64,000 nucleotides of DNA from Acidimicrobiia bacterium (GTDB lineage Bacteria; Actinomycetota; Acidimicrobiia; Acidimicrobiales; JANYDT01). The translations under genes and the position numbers were made by a program. Below, piece by piece: positions 18,741 to 28,002 of the stretch. The notes below the pieces were generated by a model, which saw only the letters and a program-made list of their open reading frames with translations, was not told where the DNA came from and did no database searches. Location of the stretch: the NCBI GenBank assembly GCA_031418775.1, contig JANOJN010000219.1:4091-68090 (forward strand), read 5' to 3'. The stretch's first letter is position 1; the number at the start of each line of letters is the position of its first letter.

Positions 18741-19586
18741 TCAGCGGATGGCGTGGAGGCGATCGATGCGGTCCGATGTCGGAGGGTGGGTCCGGAACAG
18801 GTTTGCGAACTTCACGTCGCGACCGGTCAGCGGGTTGACGATGTAGGCCTGCGCCTGGGCCGGCTTGACGTGCATCGGGATTCGCGCAGCGTACGCCTCG
18901 ATCTTGGCGAGGGCGCTGGCGAGCGCGAGCGGATCGCCGGAGATGGCCGCACCGGCCGAATCGGCCTCGAACTCCCGCGAGCGGGAAAGAGCCATCTGGA
19001 TGATCGACGCAGCGAGCGGGGCGACGAGCATCATGAGCAGCAGCACGAAGGGATTGGGACGGTCCTCATCGTTGCCGCCGAACATCCCGGCGAACATCGC
19101 CATGTTCGCCAACGACGATATGCCCGTAGCGATCGCTGCGGCGATGGATCCGATCAGGATGTCCTTGTTCTTGATGTGGCCGAGTTCGTGGGCGACGACA
19201 CCGCGCACCTCCCGACGATCGAGGAGCTCCAGGAGTCCCGACGTGACGGCCACGACGGCATGGCGCTCGTTCCGGCCGGTGGCGAACGCGTTCGGCTGGG
19301 GGGACGGGGAGATGAACAGGCGAGGGGGCTTCATGCCGGCCCGGGCAACCATCTGGGCGAGGTCGTCCTGGAGCCACTGGAGCTCGCCGGGAACGACTTC
19401 ACGTGCGCCGGCGGCGCGGACGGCGAGCTTGTCGCTGAACCAGTAGGACCCGCCGACCATGGCGAATCCGAGGAAGGTGCCGATCAGCAGGCCGACGCGC
19501 CCGCCAAGGGCAGCACCGGCGGTGACGAGCCCGCCCGTCAGCAGTGAGAGAAGGGCAACGGTCTTGAGGTTGTTCTTCGAGAACAT
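18741..19586 (-). CDS. htpX: Zinc metalloprotease HtpX (M48)
   Basis: HELGHIKNKD (HExxH), four TM segments, and a conserved FRTHPPTSDRI C-terminus. Confidence 0.92.
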   Translation of the reverse strand: MFSKNNLKTVALLSLLTGGLVTAGAALGGRVGLLIGTFLGFAMVGGSYWFSDKLAVRAAGAREVVPGELQWLQDDLAQMVARAGMKPPRLFISPSPQPNAFATGRNERHAVVAVTSGLLELLDRREVRGVVAHELGHIKNKDILIGSIAAAIATGISSLANMAMFAGMFGGNDEDRPNPFVLLLMMLVAPLAASIIQMALSRSREFEADSAGAAISGDPLALASALAKIEAYAARIPMHVKPAQAQAYIVNPLTGRDVKFANLFRTHPPTSDRIDRLHAIR

Positions 19587-19678
19587 GTGGTGCTTTCGGT
19601 TCGGGGACGTGCGAGTGAACCGAAAGTCTTCCCGCCTCGTGCGAATCCGTCTGGACTGCGACGAGGTGGCTGATCCGG

Positions 19679-19704
19679 CTTCTTGCTGCGTGTGCAGCAG
19701 GAAG
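19679..19704 (-). terminator. Candidate hairpin after the photolyase-like/HTH operon
   Basis: CTTCTTGCTGC-GTGT-GCAGCAGGAAG has an 11-bp stem with one G-T pair and no U-tract. Confidence 0.3.
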
Positions 19705-19788
19705 CGTGTTGACGGTCAGCCGTTGTGGGTACTCCCCTTCGTGGGGTGTCAGACTACAGAAGTTCTCTTCCTATGTCAAACGCCGCGG

Positions 19789-20109
19789 TCATGCGCCGCG
19801 GCGCCGTGGGGTCGTGGGTTCCCCTGTCGACACGAGAGCGAGCACGTCACCGATCTTGCGATGCTGCTCGAGGGGGTGTCGAAGCGGTCGCGATCGGTTC
19901 AGCACATACCGGTTCGACCGTCCTTCGCGGATTCGGGTCAGGTAGCCCTCGTCCTCGAGGTCGGCGAGGATGCTCGATGCGGCCCTTTCGGTAATGCCGA
20001 CTTCCCAGGCGAGATCCTTGATCAGGACGTCGGGCTGTCGCGAAAGAACGACCAACACGTGGGCGTGATTGGAGAAGAACGTCCAGGTGCGTGGTTTGTC
20101 GTTCGCCAT
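19789..20109 (-). CDS. Winged-helix (ArsR/MarR-like) DNA-binding protein
   Basis: LIKDLAWEVGITERAASSILADLEDEGYLTRIREGRSNRY is an HTH plus wing. It lies 18 nt downstream of the photolyase-like gene, so it is probably co-transcribed. Confidence 0.7.
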   Translation of the reverse strand: MANDKPRTWTFFSNHAHVLVVLSRQPDVLIKDLAWEVGITERAASSILADLEDEGYLTRIREGRSNRYVLNRSRPLRHPLEQHRKIGDVLALVSTGEPTTPRRRGA

Positions 20110-20127
20110 CAGAAACCCCCATCGAAG

Positions 20128-21405
20128 CTATGGCTGAATCGTACTTCGAGCGTTGTGATTCATGCACTCGGCTTCTGACGATTCTCGGATGGACGCTCGC
20201 CATGCGGAGAAGGACGCAGCCGATCCGGGCCCGGGTCGGCGAAGCCACGGATAGGGCCAAAGCTCAACCGGCCGGACGACGCGAGCGATCCGGCGCCATC
20301 CCGGGACCGGCGCGTACGTGGTTGCCGTCGCCCTGCCGGCGAGCAGCTGTGTCGGATCCCCGAGCAGAATCGTCAATCCGCCGGGGTGCTCGTGGCCGAT
20401 TTCGGCTAGGCACTCGCTGAGGAACACCAGTCGTTTGGCGCTGAGTTGCAGCCGCTCCAGGAGAGGCCGGTCGAACACGAACACCGATGACAGGTGCGGG
20501 TAGGCGCGTAGCGCAGGGTCGGTCACCGCCAACGACTCGGCGGTCAACCAGACGGTGTCGGGCGCGGCAGTCCCCAGTCGTTGCACCGTCGGTGGACCGG
20601 CCGTTCGTTCGTGGTCGGGGTCGGCCGTCAGTCTGGGATGGACATCGGCGACCTGTAGGGGTGTGTGCCCGTCGGGCCAGCGCTCAATGGGGCAACTGCT
20701 GCGATGGGTGCAGCCTGCGCACAGCCCAGGCGCTCGTTTCTCCACCTGCCAACGGGAGAACCCGTAGGGCTTCGATGTGCCCGCGCCGATCGTCCATTGC
20801 CAACCGAGACGGTTCGCCGCTCGCGAGCCGTCGAGAAGATGCGTGAACATCCACTGCTCACCTGCCCGCCAGTCACCGTGTTCGCGTACGGTCCAATGAC
20901 TCGCCATCCACATTCGGGTTTGGTTGACCATCCAGCCGTCACTTTCGAGCTCGGCAATGCCGAGGTCGATGCACGACATCGTTCGGTCGAGCTCCGGGCG
21001 CCCCGCTCCGAGGGGTTGATACCGCAAAGGTCGGGCGAGAGCATGTCCCACGCGCGCATAGAGATGTCTGGCGTACTCCTGCCACAGCAATTCGTCTCGG
21101 AACTTGGCGACATCCTTCGAAGGTCCGTCATCGATGTGATCCCAGACCTCCCGAAGCGTCAAGAGTCCGTGTCGGATGTACGGAGACAATCCAGAAGCGC
21201 CACGTCGGTCAACTGGCGCGACATCGTTGCGTCGTGCGGCGTACCCCTGGACGCGGAATGCGTTGAGGGCTTGTTGTGCGGCACGGCGTCCGCCGGCGAA
21301 TCGAGTCGAGCCGACGACGTCACCGACTGCGAGTACCGACAGCTGGTCGTTGACGAACGCCTCGGCGGCCTTGCGCCCGGGCTCAGGTGTTGGGAGCTGA
21401 GTCAT
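20128..21405 (-). CDS. Cryptochrome/photolyase-family protein with apparent permuted domain order (FAD domain first, alpha/beta-like domain last)
   Basis: FAD-domain motifs GASGLSPYIRHGLL, ELLWQEYARH, GWMVNQTRMWMASHW, LLDGSRAANRLGWQWTIGAG occupy residues about 40-220. Residues about 283-390 (VWLTAESLAVTDPALRAY..VFVFD..SAKRLVFLSECLAEIG..LTILLGDP) resemble the photolyase N-terminal domain. Confidence 0.8.
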   Translation of the reverse strand: MTQLPTPEPGRKAAEAFVNDQLSVLAVGDVVGSTRFAGGRRAAQQALNAFRVQGYAARRNDVAPVDRRGASGLSPYIRHGLLTLREVWDHIDDGPSKDVAKFRDELLWQEYARHLYARVGHALARPLRYQPLGAGRPELDRTMSCIDLGIAELESDGWMVNQTRMWMASHWTVREHGDWRAGEQWMFTHLLDGSRAANRLGWQWTIGAGTSKPYGFSRWQVEKRAPGLCAGCTHRSSCPIERWPDGHTPLQVADVHPRLTADPDHERTAGPPTVQRLGTAAPDTVWLTAESLAVTDPALRAYPHLSSVFVFDRPLLERLQLSAKRLVFLSECLAEIGHEHPGGLTILLGDPTQLLAGRATATTYAPVPGWRRIARVVRPVELWPYPWLRRPGPGSAASFSAWRASIRESSEAECMNHNARSTIQP

Positions 21406-21500
21406 TGCTCGTACGCGAAACGACCGGGAAAACCATCGGAATCGACGGTATCTCCCGGCCGGTGCTACGTCGCCGTAGCGACGTTAGAGAGGTGGGTTGC

Positions 21501-21938
21501 TCAGCGGCCGAGAATGGCAGCAAGCCCTGCGGCGATGGCCGGAGCGTTCTTCCCGGCCGCGGCGAAGAATTCGGCGTCGGCCTTCTCGACCTTCGGCTGC
21601 GCTTTCCGGAGGAGCGAGCGTCCCGCGGCGGAAAGCACAACACGCTGTGCGCGCTTATCTTCATCACTCGCTGAGCGAACGACGAGATCGCGTGCCTCAA
21701 GGTTGCGGATTACTTGCGATGTGGTCATCGGGTCGACTCCGGACCGGGCGCTGATCTCGGCTTGCGAAAGACCCTTTCGCGCATCGTCCATTCCGAGGGA
21801 GGCCAGGAGCGCGAACTGCACATGGGTGATGCCGAGCCCTTCGAGTGCGGCGCGCTGCTTGCGCTGCCAGGCATTGGTCGCTCGCCAGAGTAGGAATCCG
21901 GGAAGGGCAGAAGTGGCGTCGGGTCCGGTGCCGCTCAT
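21501..21938 (-). CDS. MarR-family transcriptional regulator
   Basis: LLWRATNAWQRK...LSQAEISARSGVDPMTTSQVIRNLEARDLVVR...DKRAQRVVLS is a typical MarR wHTH. The start was trimmed to MSGTG. Confidence 0.85.
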   Translation of the reverse strand: MSGTGPDATSALPGFLLWRATNAWQRKQRAALEGLGITHVQFALLASLGMDDARKGLSQAEISARSGVDPMTTSQVIRNLEARDLVVRSASDEDKRAQRVVLSAAGRSLLRKAQPKVEKADAEFFAAAGKNAPAIAAGLAAILGR

Positions 21939-22165
21939 AGTCGATGAAGCTCCTGGTGTGGTGTCCCGAACGCACATGGTCGGGGAGGAGGGTGGGTACT
22001 AAGCGCACGAAGCGTAGTGCACATGGGATGACGGCGCGCCAGCCGAACGCCCTGTGAGGTCGGGTCGGAGCCTCGCACTGACCCGTCGATCGGTCGTAGG
22101 CTTGTTTCCCAAGCTTCGAACAGTGCAATTCCCCGGGTTGTCCAAGCGGGCGGCGTAGAGAGGGG

Positions 22166-22717
22166 ATGATTGTTGACGTGCACCGGTTCCCGTCTCTTCG
22201 CCGAATCACACCGTTGCTATTCGTCGCGGTTGTGTTTTTGCCGTTCGGTGCCGTTCGAGCGGTTGCGGCGACGACCGATCTGCGACGCGAGGTCGAGGCG
22301 AAGCTGGTCGAGGCCCAGCGCAAAGCCGCCCCCGATCTTAAGGTCGGCAAGGCCACCTGCCCGGCGGCCCTTGCCAAGCCTGTCGCCAAGCTCGCTTCTG
22401 GCATCCACCGGTGTGCTGTGGTGGTCGAAGGGGTCAGCGTGCCATACGACGTGACCCTGCGTATGGGTGGACTCGTCAAGGGAGGCTCGTACACGCTGCA
22501 GAATGCCAAAGCGGTGATCGACACGAAGAAACTGGCCGGCATCGCTTCGACGGTCGCCGATGATCCCAAGACCGCGAAGATCTCGTGCGGGGCTTCACGG
22601 GTCGTCGTCGCGTCGCCCGGGGCGACTCTGTCGTGCACTGTCGTGGAGGGTGACGCCACGGAGACACTGACGTTCGTGGTGAAGGACCTGCGAGGCATGG
22701 TCAGCCTCAGCGCGTAG
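22166..22717 (+). CDS. Secreted/membrane-anchored hypothetical protein (two DUF4333-like repeats)
   Basis: N-terminal hydrophobic segment. Two repeats follow, each with a conserved Cys pair (KATCPAAL...HRCAV and KISCGASRVV...LSCTV). Confidence 0.5.
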   Translation: MIVDVHRFPSLRRITPLLFVAVVFLPFGAVRAVAATTDLRREVEAKLVEAQRKAAPDLKVGKATCPAALAKPVAKLASGIHRCAVVVEGVSVPYDVTLRMGGLVKGGSYTLQNAKAVIDTKKLAGIASTVADDPKTAKISCGASRVVVASPGATLSCTVVEGDATETLTFVVKDLRGMVSLSA

Positions 22718-22723
22718 GCGATC

Positions 22724-24280
22724 GTGACGCTGCAATTCGCTTCGTTGACAGAAGCTGCCGCACGCGTGTCGGCAACGAGGTCCCGGATCGCGAAGATCCG
22801 CGCGCTTGCGAATGTCCTCGCGTTGGCTTCCGAGGACGAGCTCCCGATCGTCGTCGGATTTCTCATCGGTGAACCGCGTCAGCACCGACTCGGGGTCGGG
22901 TGGGGGTCCCTTGGTGCAGTCGACGAAGTCACCACGGCATCGGGCCGGAACGGTCCGCCCCTCTCGGTGTCGGAGATCGATGCAGCGTTCACGGAGATTG
23001 CCCGGACCAACGGACCCGGGTCTGTGGCCGAACGGACGCACTTGCTCGGTGGTCTTCGTGCCCGATCGACTGACGCCGAATGGGATCTGTTGAAGCGTCT
23101 TCTCCTCGGCGATCTCCGCATCGGTGCTCTCAGCGGTCTTGTCCTCGATGCGATCGCCTTGGCGTTCACCGCTCCCGCCGACGCCGTCCGCCGGGCGCAT
23201 CTCCTCACGGGAGACCTCGGCGCCACCTCGATCCTGGCCCGCTCGGGACTCGAGCAACTGATCGGGGTCCGCCTCACCGTCCTCCGTCCCGTTCAGCCCA
23301 TGCTGGCCGCCACGTCCGGGTCCGTGACCGATGCGATCGCCGAACTCGGCAGATCCTCTGTCGAATGGAAGCTCGACGGGGCGCGGATCCAGGTCCATCG
23401 TCGCGGCGCCGACATCAGGATCGTCACGCGCAACCTCAACGACGTGACCGATCGTCTGCCCGAGGTGGTGGCGCTCGTGCGTTCGTTGCCGGTCAACGCC
23501 GTGGTGCTCGATGGCGAGGTGCTCCGAATCCGCGGTGACGGCCGTCCGGAGTCGTTCCAGGACACCATGAGCCGGTTCGGCACCGAGGCGTCGGTATCGA
23601 CAGGTCCAGGCGATGCCGTACATGTCCCTTCGAAAGGCTCCCTCCAAGCGTTCTTCTTCGACTGCTTGCACCTCGACGGCGCCGATCTGCTCGACCGACC
23701 ACTCCACGAGCGAGCGGTGGCGCTCGCCTTCGCCGTTGGCGAGCACCGGGTCCCGTCGATCGTGACGGATGACCCCACCGAGGCACAGCGATTTGCCGAT
23801 GCCGCGCTGGACCTCGGCCACGAGGGCGTGATGGTCAAGGCGATCGGGTCGACGTACGAAGCCGGTCGCCGTGGGTCCACGTGGCGAAAGGTCAAGCCCG
23901 TCCGTACCCTCGACCTCGTCGTGATCGCCGCCGAGTGGGGTCACGGCCGTCGCCAGGGTTGGCTCTCCAATCTCCACCTCGCGGCCCGGGCCGACGACGA
24001 CTCCGGCTTCGTGATGGTCGGGAAGACGTTCAAGGGCCTCACCGACGCCGTCCTGGAGAGCCAGACCGCGGAATTGCTCCTACGGGAGAGGGGACGCCAA
24101 GGCATCACGGTGTTCGTCCGGCCCGAGCTCGTGGTGGAGATCGCCCTCGACGGTGTGCAGCGGTCGACCCGCTATCCAGGCGGGGTCGCGTTGCGCTTTG
24201 CGCGCGTTCGGCACTACCGACCGGATCGCTCCGCCGCCGACGCCGACCGGCTTTCGGCGGTTCGCGCTCTCCTGGCGTAG
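22724..24280 (+). CDS. ligB: ATP-dependent DNA ligase (Lig1/LigB-type: DBD + adenylation + OB)
   Basis: Adenylation motif I EWKLDGARIQVH, plus EGVMVK and WRKVKP motifs. GTG start at 22724. Confidence 0.88.
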   Translation: MTLQFASLTEAAARVSATRSRIAKIRALANVLALASEDELPIVVGFLIGEPRQHRLGVGWGSLGAVDEVTTASGRNGPPLSVSEIDAAFTEIARTNGPGSVAERTHLLGGLRARSTDAEWDLLKRLLLGDLRIGALSGLVLDAIALAFTAPADAVRRAHLLTGDLGATSILARSGLEQLIGVRLTVLRPVQPMLAATSGSVTDAIAELGRSSVEWKLDGARIQVHRRGADIRIVTRNLNDVTDRLPEVVALVRSLPVNAVVLDGEVLRIRGDGRPESFQDTMSRFGTEASVSTGPGDAVHVPSKGSLQAFFFDCLHLDGADLLDRPLHERAVALAFAVGEHRVPSIVTDDPTEAQRFADAALDLGHEGVMVKAIGSTYEAGRRGSTWRKVKPVRTLDLVVIAAEWGHGRRQGWLSNLHLAARADDDSGFVMVGKTFKGLTDAVLESQTAELLLRERGRQGITVFVRPELVVEIALDGVQRSTRYPGGVALRFARVRHYRPDRSAADADRLSAVRALLA

Positions 24281-24333
24281 CGCCGGGCGGCCCAGCTTGG
24301 TGGTTCCTCCTCCGAATCGGGGAGAATGGCGGG

Positions 24334-25968
24334 ATGAGCAATCGCGCCAAGTGGCAAGCCGCATTCGACGCATCAGGTGTCCGAACGGGTGTCGACGCCA
24401 TCACGATGTCCGGAATCCCGCTCGACCCGGTCTACGGCCCTGACGAAGCGCTGTTCCCCGGGCAGTATCCGTATACCCGCGGCGTGTACGCCTCGGGCTA
24501 CCGCACGAAGCTCTGGACGATGCGGATGTTCGCCGGATTCGGCACGGCGGAAGACACGAACGCTCGCTTCAAGGAGATCCTCCGGACGGGAGGCGACGGC
24601 CTGTCCACGGCGTTCGACCTGCCGACCCTCATGGGCAAGGATTCCGACGACCCGATGTCGATCGGGGAGGTCGGCAAGTGCGGTGTCGCCATCGACACGC
24701 TGGCCGACATGGAAGATCTCTTCGACGGCATCGATCTCGGCGTCACGACCACGTCGATGACGATCAACTCTCCGGCGGCGCCGATCCTTGCGATGTTCAT
24801 CGCCAACGCCGAGAAGAACGGCACGGCCAAGGCCCGCCTGGGCGGGACCATTCAGAACGACATCTTCAAGGAGTACCAAGCCCAGAAGGAGTTCGTCTTC
24901 CCGCCACGCCCGAGCGTGCGGATCATCACCGACATGATCCGCTACTGCACCACCGAGATGCCGAAGTGGAACACGATCTCGGTGTCGGGCTACCACATTC
25001 GTGAGGCCGGTTCCACGGCGGCCCAGGAACTCGCCTTCACCATCGCGAACGGGTTCGCGTACGTCGAAGCGGCCCGCTTGGCCGGTCTCGACGTGGATGC
25101 GTTCGCGCCTCGCCTCTCCTTCTTCTTCAATGCTCACTCCGACTTCTTCGAGGAGATTGCGAAGTACCGCGCGGCTCGACGGATCTGGGCCCGGTGGATG
25201 CGCGATTATTACGGAGCAACCAGCGAGCGTTCGCACATGCTCCGGTTCCACACGCAAACTGCAGGGGTTTCGCTCACGGCTCAACAACCCGAGCTCAACC
25301 TCGTCCGAACGGCGATTGAGGCGCTTTCCGGCGTGTTGGGCGGCACCCAGTCGCTACACACGAACTCGATGGACGAGGTGCTTGCGCTCCCGACCGAAAA
25401 GGCTGCGCGCTTAGCACTTCGCACCCAGCAGATCATCGCCTCGGAGACCGGCGTCACCAACGTCGCCGATCCGTTGGGCGGCTCTTACTTCGTCGAGGCC
25501 CTGACCGACGAGATCGAGCGTCAGGCCGAAGCGATCTTCGCCCACCTCCTCGACCTCGGCAGCGGTTCTGTGCTCGAAGGCGTGTACGCCGGTATCGACA
25601 ACGGCTACTTCCAAGGTGAGATCGCCGACGCGGCGTACTCCTTCGAGCGCCGGATCAATCGTGGTGACCGAATCGTCGTCGGTGTCAACCGATTCACCGA
25701 GGCCCCGGGCGACGAACCGCTTCCGATTCTCGTGATCGGACCCGAAGTGGAGGAGCGTCAGCGCAAGCGGCTCGATATCGTCAAACACGACCGCAACGAC
25801 GCCGCGGTGCACGAAGCACTCGGTCGGGTGAAGAGTGCCGCCGAGGACTCCACCGTGAACCTGATGCCGGTGCTCGTCGATGCCGCAACCTCGTACTGCA
25901 CGCTGGGCGAAGTGATGAACACCATGGCCGAGGTCTTCGGCCGCTACGTCGAGAAGCCGGTCATCTGA
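24334..25968 (+). CDS. Acyl-CoA mutase (methylmalonyl-CoA mutase family) large catalytic subunit, no B12-binding domain
   Basis: YPYTRGVY...LWTMRMFAGFGTAEDTN...GLSTAFDLPT...TINSPA...GTIQNDIFKEY...HTNSMDE are TIM-barrel substrate-domain motifs. It ends at 544 aa, before any DxHxxG cobalamin domain. The true ATG is at 24334. Confidence 0.88.
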   Translation: MSNRAKWQAAFDASGVRTGVDAITMSGIPLDPVYGPDEALFPGQYPYTRGVYASGYRTKLWTMRMFAGFGTAEDTNARFKEILRTGGDGLSTAFDLPTLMGKDSDDPMSIGEVGKCGVAIDTLADMEDLFDGIDLGVTTTSMTINSPAAPILAMFIANAEKNGTAKARLGGTIQNDIFKEYQAQKEFVFPPRPSVRIITDMIRYCTTEMPKWNTISVSGYHIREAGSTAAQELAFTIANGFAYVEAARLAGLDVDAFAPRLSFFFNAHSDFFEEIAKYRAARRIWARWMRDYYGATSERSHMLRFHTQTAGVSLTAQQPELNLVRTAIEALSGVLGGTQSLHTNSMDEVLALPTEKAARLALRTQQIIASETGVTNVADPLGGSYFVEALTDEIERQAEAIFAHLLDLGSGSVLEGVYAGIDNGYFQGEIADAAYSFERRINRGDRIVVGVNRFTEAPGDEPLPILVIGPEVEERQRKRLDIVKHDRNDAAVHEALGRVKSAAEDSTVNLMPVLVDAATSYCTLGEVMNTMAEVFGRYVEKPVI

Positions 25969-26053
25969 CAATCGCGCGCGGCCCTGCCGGGCGTTGACCG
26001 GGCCGGCTTCCGTCGATGTGCCTCCATGCGCGTCGCAAGTAGCGTCGCCCACC

Positions 26054-27913
26054 ATGGCCGATGGTGATCAACGTCCCGACGAGCCCGATCTCACCAACGT
26101 TCCGACGCCGGCGATGGTGGTGGCCGGGCGGACGCTCGCCGACCCACGGCTGAGTCCTGACGGCACGGCAGTCGTCGTGCACGTTCGCGACGGTGCCGGT
26201 CCGCGGCTGGTGTGCATCGAACTCGGCGTCGGCGAACGGGTCACACCCGGCCCGGAAACGGTCATCGTGTTCGACCCGTCGGTCGTCGGATCGCATCCCC
26301 ACGGCGGGGGTTCGTGGAACTGGTTCCCCGACGGCGGATCCGTGGTCTACGTGGCGGCCGCCGGACTCTTCCGCGCAGGCCGAGCGGGTGGGCCCGGGCA
26401 ACTTCTCGCCACTCCGCCGCTCGGAACATGGTTCGCGTCGCCGACGGTGTCGGCCGACGGCCTCCGGATCGCCGTGATCGTCGAGAACGACGATTCGCAA
26501 TCGATCGCCGTGGTCGACCTCGGGCATGACGGAGCCCTGGAGACCGTGGTGCCGGGCGATCCGGGGGTGTTCTGCATGGACCCGGCGTGGTCCCCCGACG
26601 GAGCGCTGTCCTGGCACCGATGGGAGGCGCCGTTCATGCCCTGGGATAACGCGTCGATCGTGACCCGAAAGGGTGACGGATCTGGCAGCGTCCTCGGCGA
26701 TGGCTCTCCCGCCCAACCACAGTGGTCCTCGGACGGGATGCACCTCGGCCACGTTGCCGACGGCACCAACGGTTGGCGGAACGTGTGCGTCGACGGGCAT
26801 GCGGTCGTCGGTGCCGGAGCGGGCGAGCCGTACGAGCACGGGACCCCGTCGTGGGGCCCGGGGCAGCGATCCTGGTGCTGGTCGCCCGATGGGACGCGGG
26901 TGGCCTTCGTCCGGAACGAGGAGGGCTTCGCCCGGCTCGGGGTTGCCGATGTCACCACCGGAGCAGTGAGCGAACTCGGCAAGGCATGGCACGTCGGCCT
27001 GTCCTGGTCGCGTACCTCGGGTGGTCGCGAACGAATCGCCGCGATTCGAACCGGCGGCGTGACGCCGCCACAGCTCGTGGTCTACGACCTCGCTGTCGCT
27101 CCGATGCGCACGACCGTGCTCCGGGGATCGGTCGGCGGATGGGAGTCGATCGGCCTCCCTGAGCCCGAGGTGCTTCACTGGCCGGCCGCCGACGGCACAA
27201 TGCTCCACGGACGCTTCTACTCGTCGCCGAGGCCCCACGGCGGAACGATCGTGTCGCTCCATGGCGGTCCGACGGATCAGACCACCGTGGTGTTCAACCC
27301 CCGTTTCGGCTACTGGTTGGCACGCGGGTGGTCGGTGTTCGTCCCTGACCACCGCGGGTCCACCGGTTGGGGCCACGGCTATCAGCAGGCGATGAACGAG
27401 CGCTGGGGCGAACTCGACGTGAGCGACTGCGCCGATGGCCTTCGGGCGCTCGGCCGTAGCGGTCGGATCGTTCCCGAGCGAACCGTCGTCGTCGGCGGGT
27501 CGGCGGGCGGATTCTGCGCACTGCACCTTCTCCTCCGCCACCCCGAGCTGTTCTCGTGCGGTGTGGCGCTGTATCCGGTGACCGATCTTGCCGAGCTCGA
27601 CGCCACGACCCACCGGTTCGAGCGGTTCTACAACCGGTCGTTGGTCGGGTCGTTCGAACGCTACGGCGAGCGCTCACCGATCACGACGGCGGCGACGCTT
27701 TCGCGCCCCTTGCTCCTGTTGCACGGTGACGCCGATCCCGTCGTTTCCGTCGGCCAGTCGAGGCGGTTCGCGGCCGAGGCGACGGCGGCGGGTGCGACGG
27801 TCGAACTCGTGGTTTACGAAGGTGAGGTCCACAGCTGGAAGCGGTCCGCCACGACCGTCGACGAACTCCTCCGGATCGACGCGTTCCTGGCCAGGTTCTG
27901 TCCGACCGGATGA
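26054..27913 (+). CDS. S9-family serine peptidase (prolyl oligopeptidase/acylaminoacyl peptidase-like)
   Basis: N-terminal beta-propeller-like region (WSPDG repeats). C-terminal hydrolase domain with VVVGGSAGGF nucleophile elbow, LLLHGDADPVV, and a final His. Confidence 0.85.
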   Translation: MADGDQRPDEPDLTNVPTPAMVVAGRTLADPRLSPDGTAVVVHVRDGAGPRLVCIELGVGERVTPGPETVIVFDPSVVGSHPHGGGSWNWFPDGGSVVYVAAAGLFRAGRAGGPGQLLATPPLGTWFASPTVSADGLRIAVIVENDDSQSIAVVDLGHDGALETVVPGDPGVFCMDPAWSPDGALSWHRWEAPFMPWDNASIVTRKGDGSGSVLGDGSPAQPQWSSDGMHLGHVADGTNGWRNVCVDGHAVVGAGAGEPYEHGTPSWGPGQRSWCWSPDGTRVAFVRNEEGFARLGVADVTTGAVSELGKAWHVGLSWSRTSGGRERIAAIRTGGVTPPQLVVYDLAVAPMRTTVLRGSVGGWESIGLPEPEVLHWPAADGTMLHGRFYSSPRPHGGTIVSLHGGPTDQTTVVFNPRFGYWLARGWSVFVPDHRGSTGWGHGYQQAMNERWGELDVSDCADGLRALGRSGRIVPERTVVVGGSAGGFCALHLLLRHPELFSCGVALYPVTDLAELDATTHRFERFYNRSLVGSFERYGERSPITTAATLSRPLLLLHGDADPVVSVGQSRRFAAEATAAGATVELVVYEGEVHSWKRSATTVDELLRIDAFLARFCPTG

Positions 27914-28002
27914 ACGGCCCGGACTGACCGCTCCGACGGAACTCGGACAATGCCTGAGACGCTCTGGCGGAATAGGAACCGGGCGCCGGTAGCGTTGAGC
28001 GA

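Noticed and set aside
22724-24280. ATP-dependent ligase as part of an NHEJ or defence module
   Set aside because: No Ku gene and no polymerase, primase or nuclease domains are adjacent. The domain layout fits a stand-alone LigB-type ligase, which is common in actinobacteria alongside LigA.
23881-24333. N-terminal extensions of track ORFs: mutase 23881, hydrolase 28017, MFS 39711, ligA 46206, FAH 6581, SDR 8504, kinase 50663, cpaF 57494, flp 60739
   Set aside because: The extensions overlap the preceding or opposite-strand genes and are Arg/Pro-rich. Internal starts give canonical N-termini, often with ATGA or GTGA coupling.
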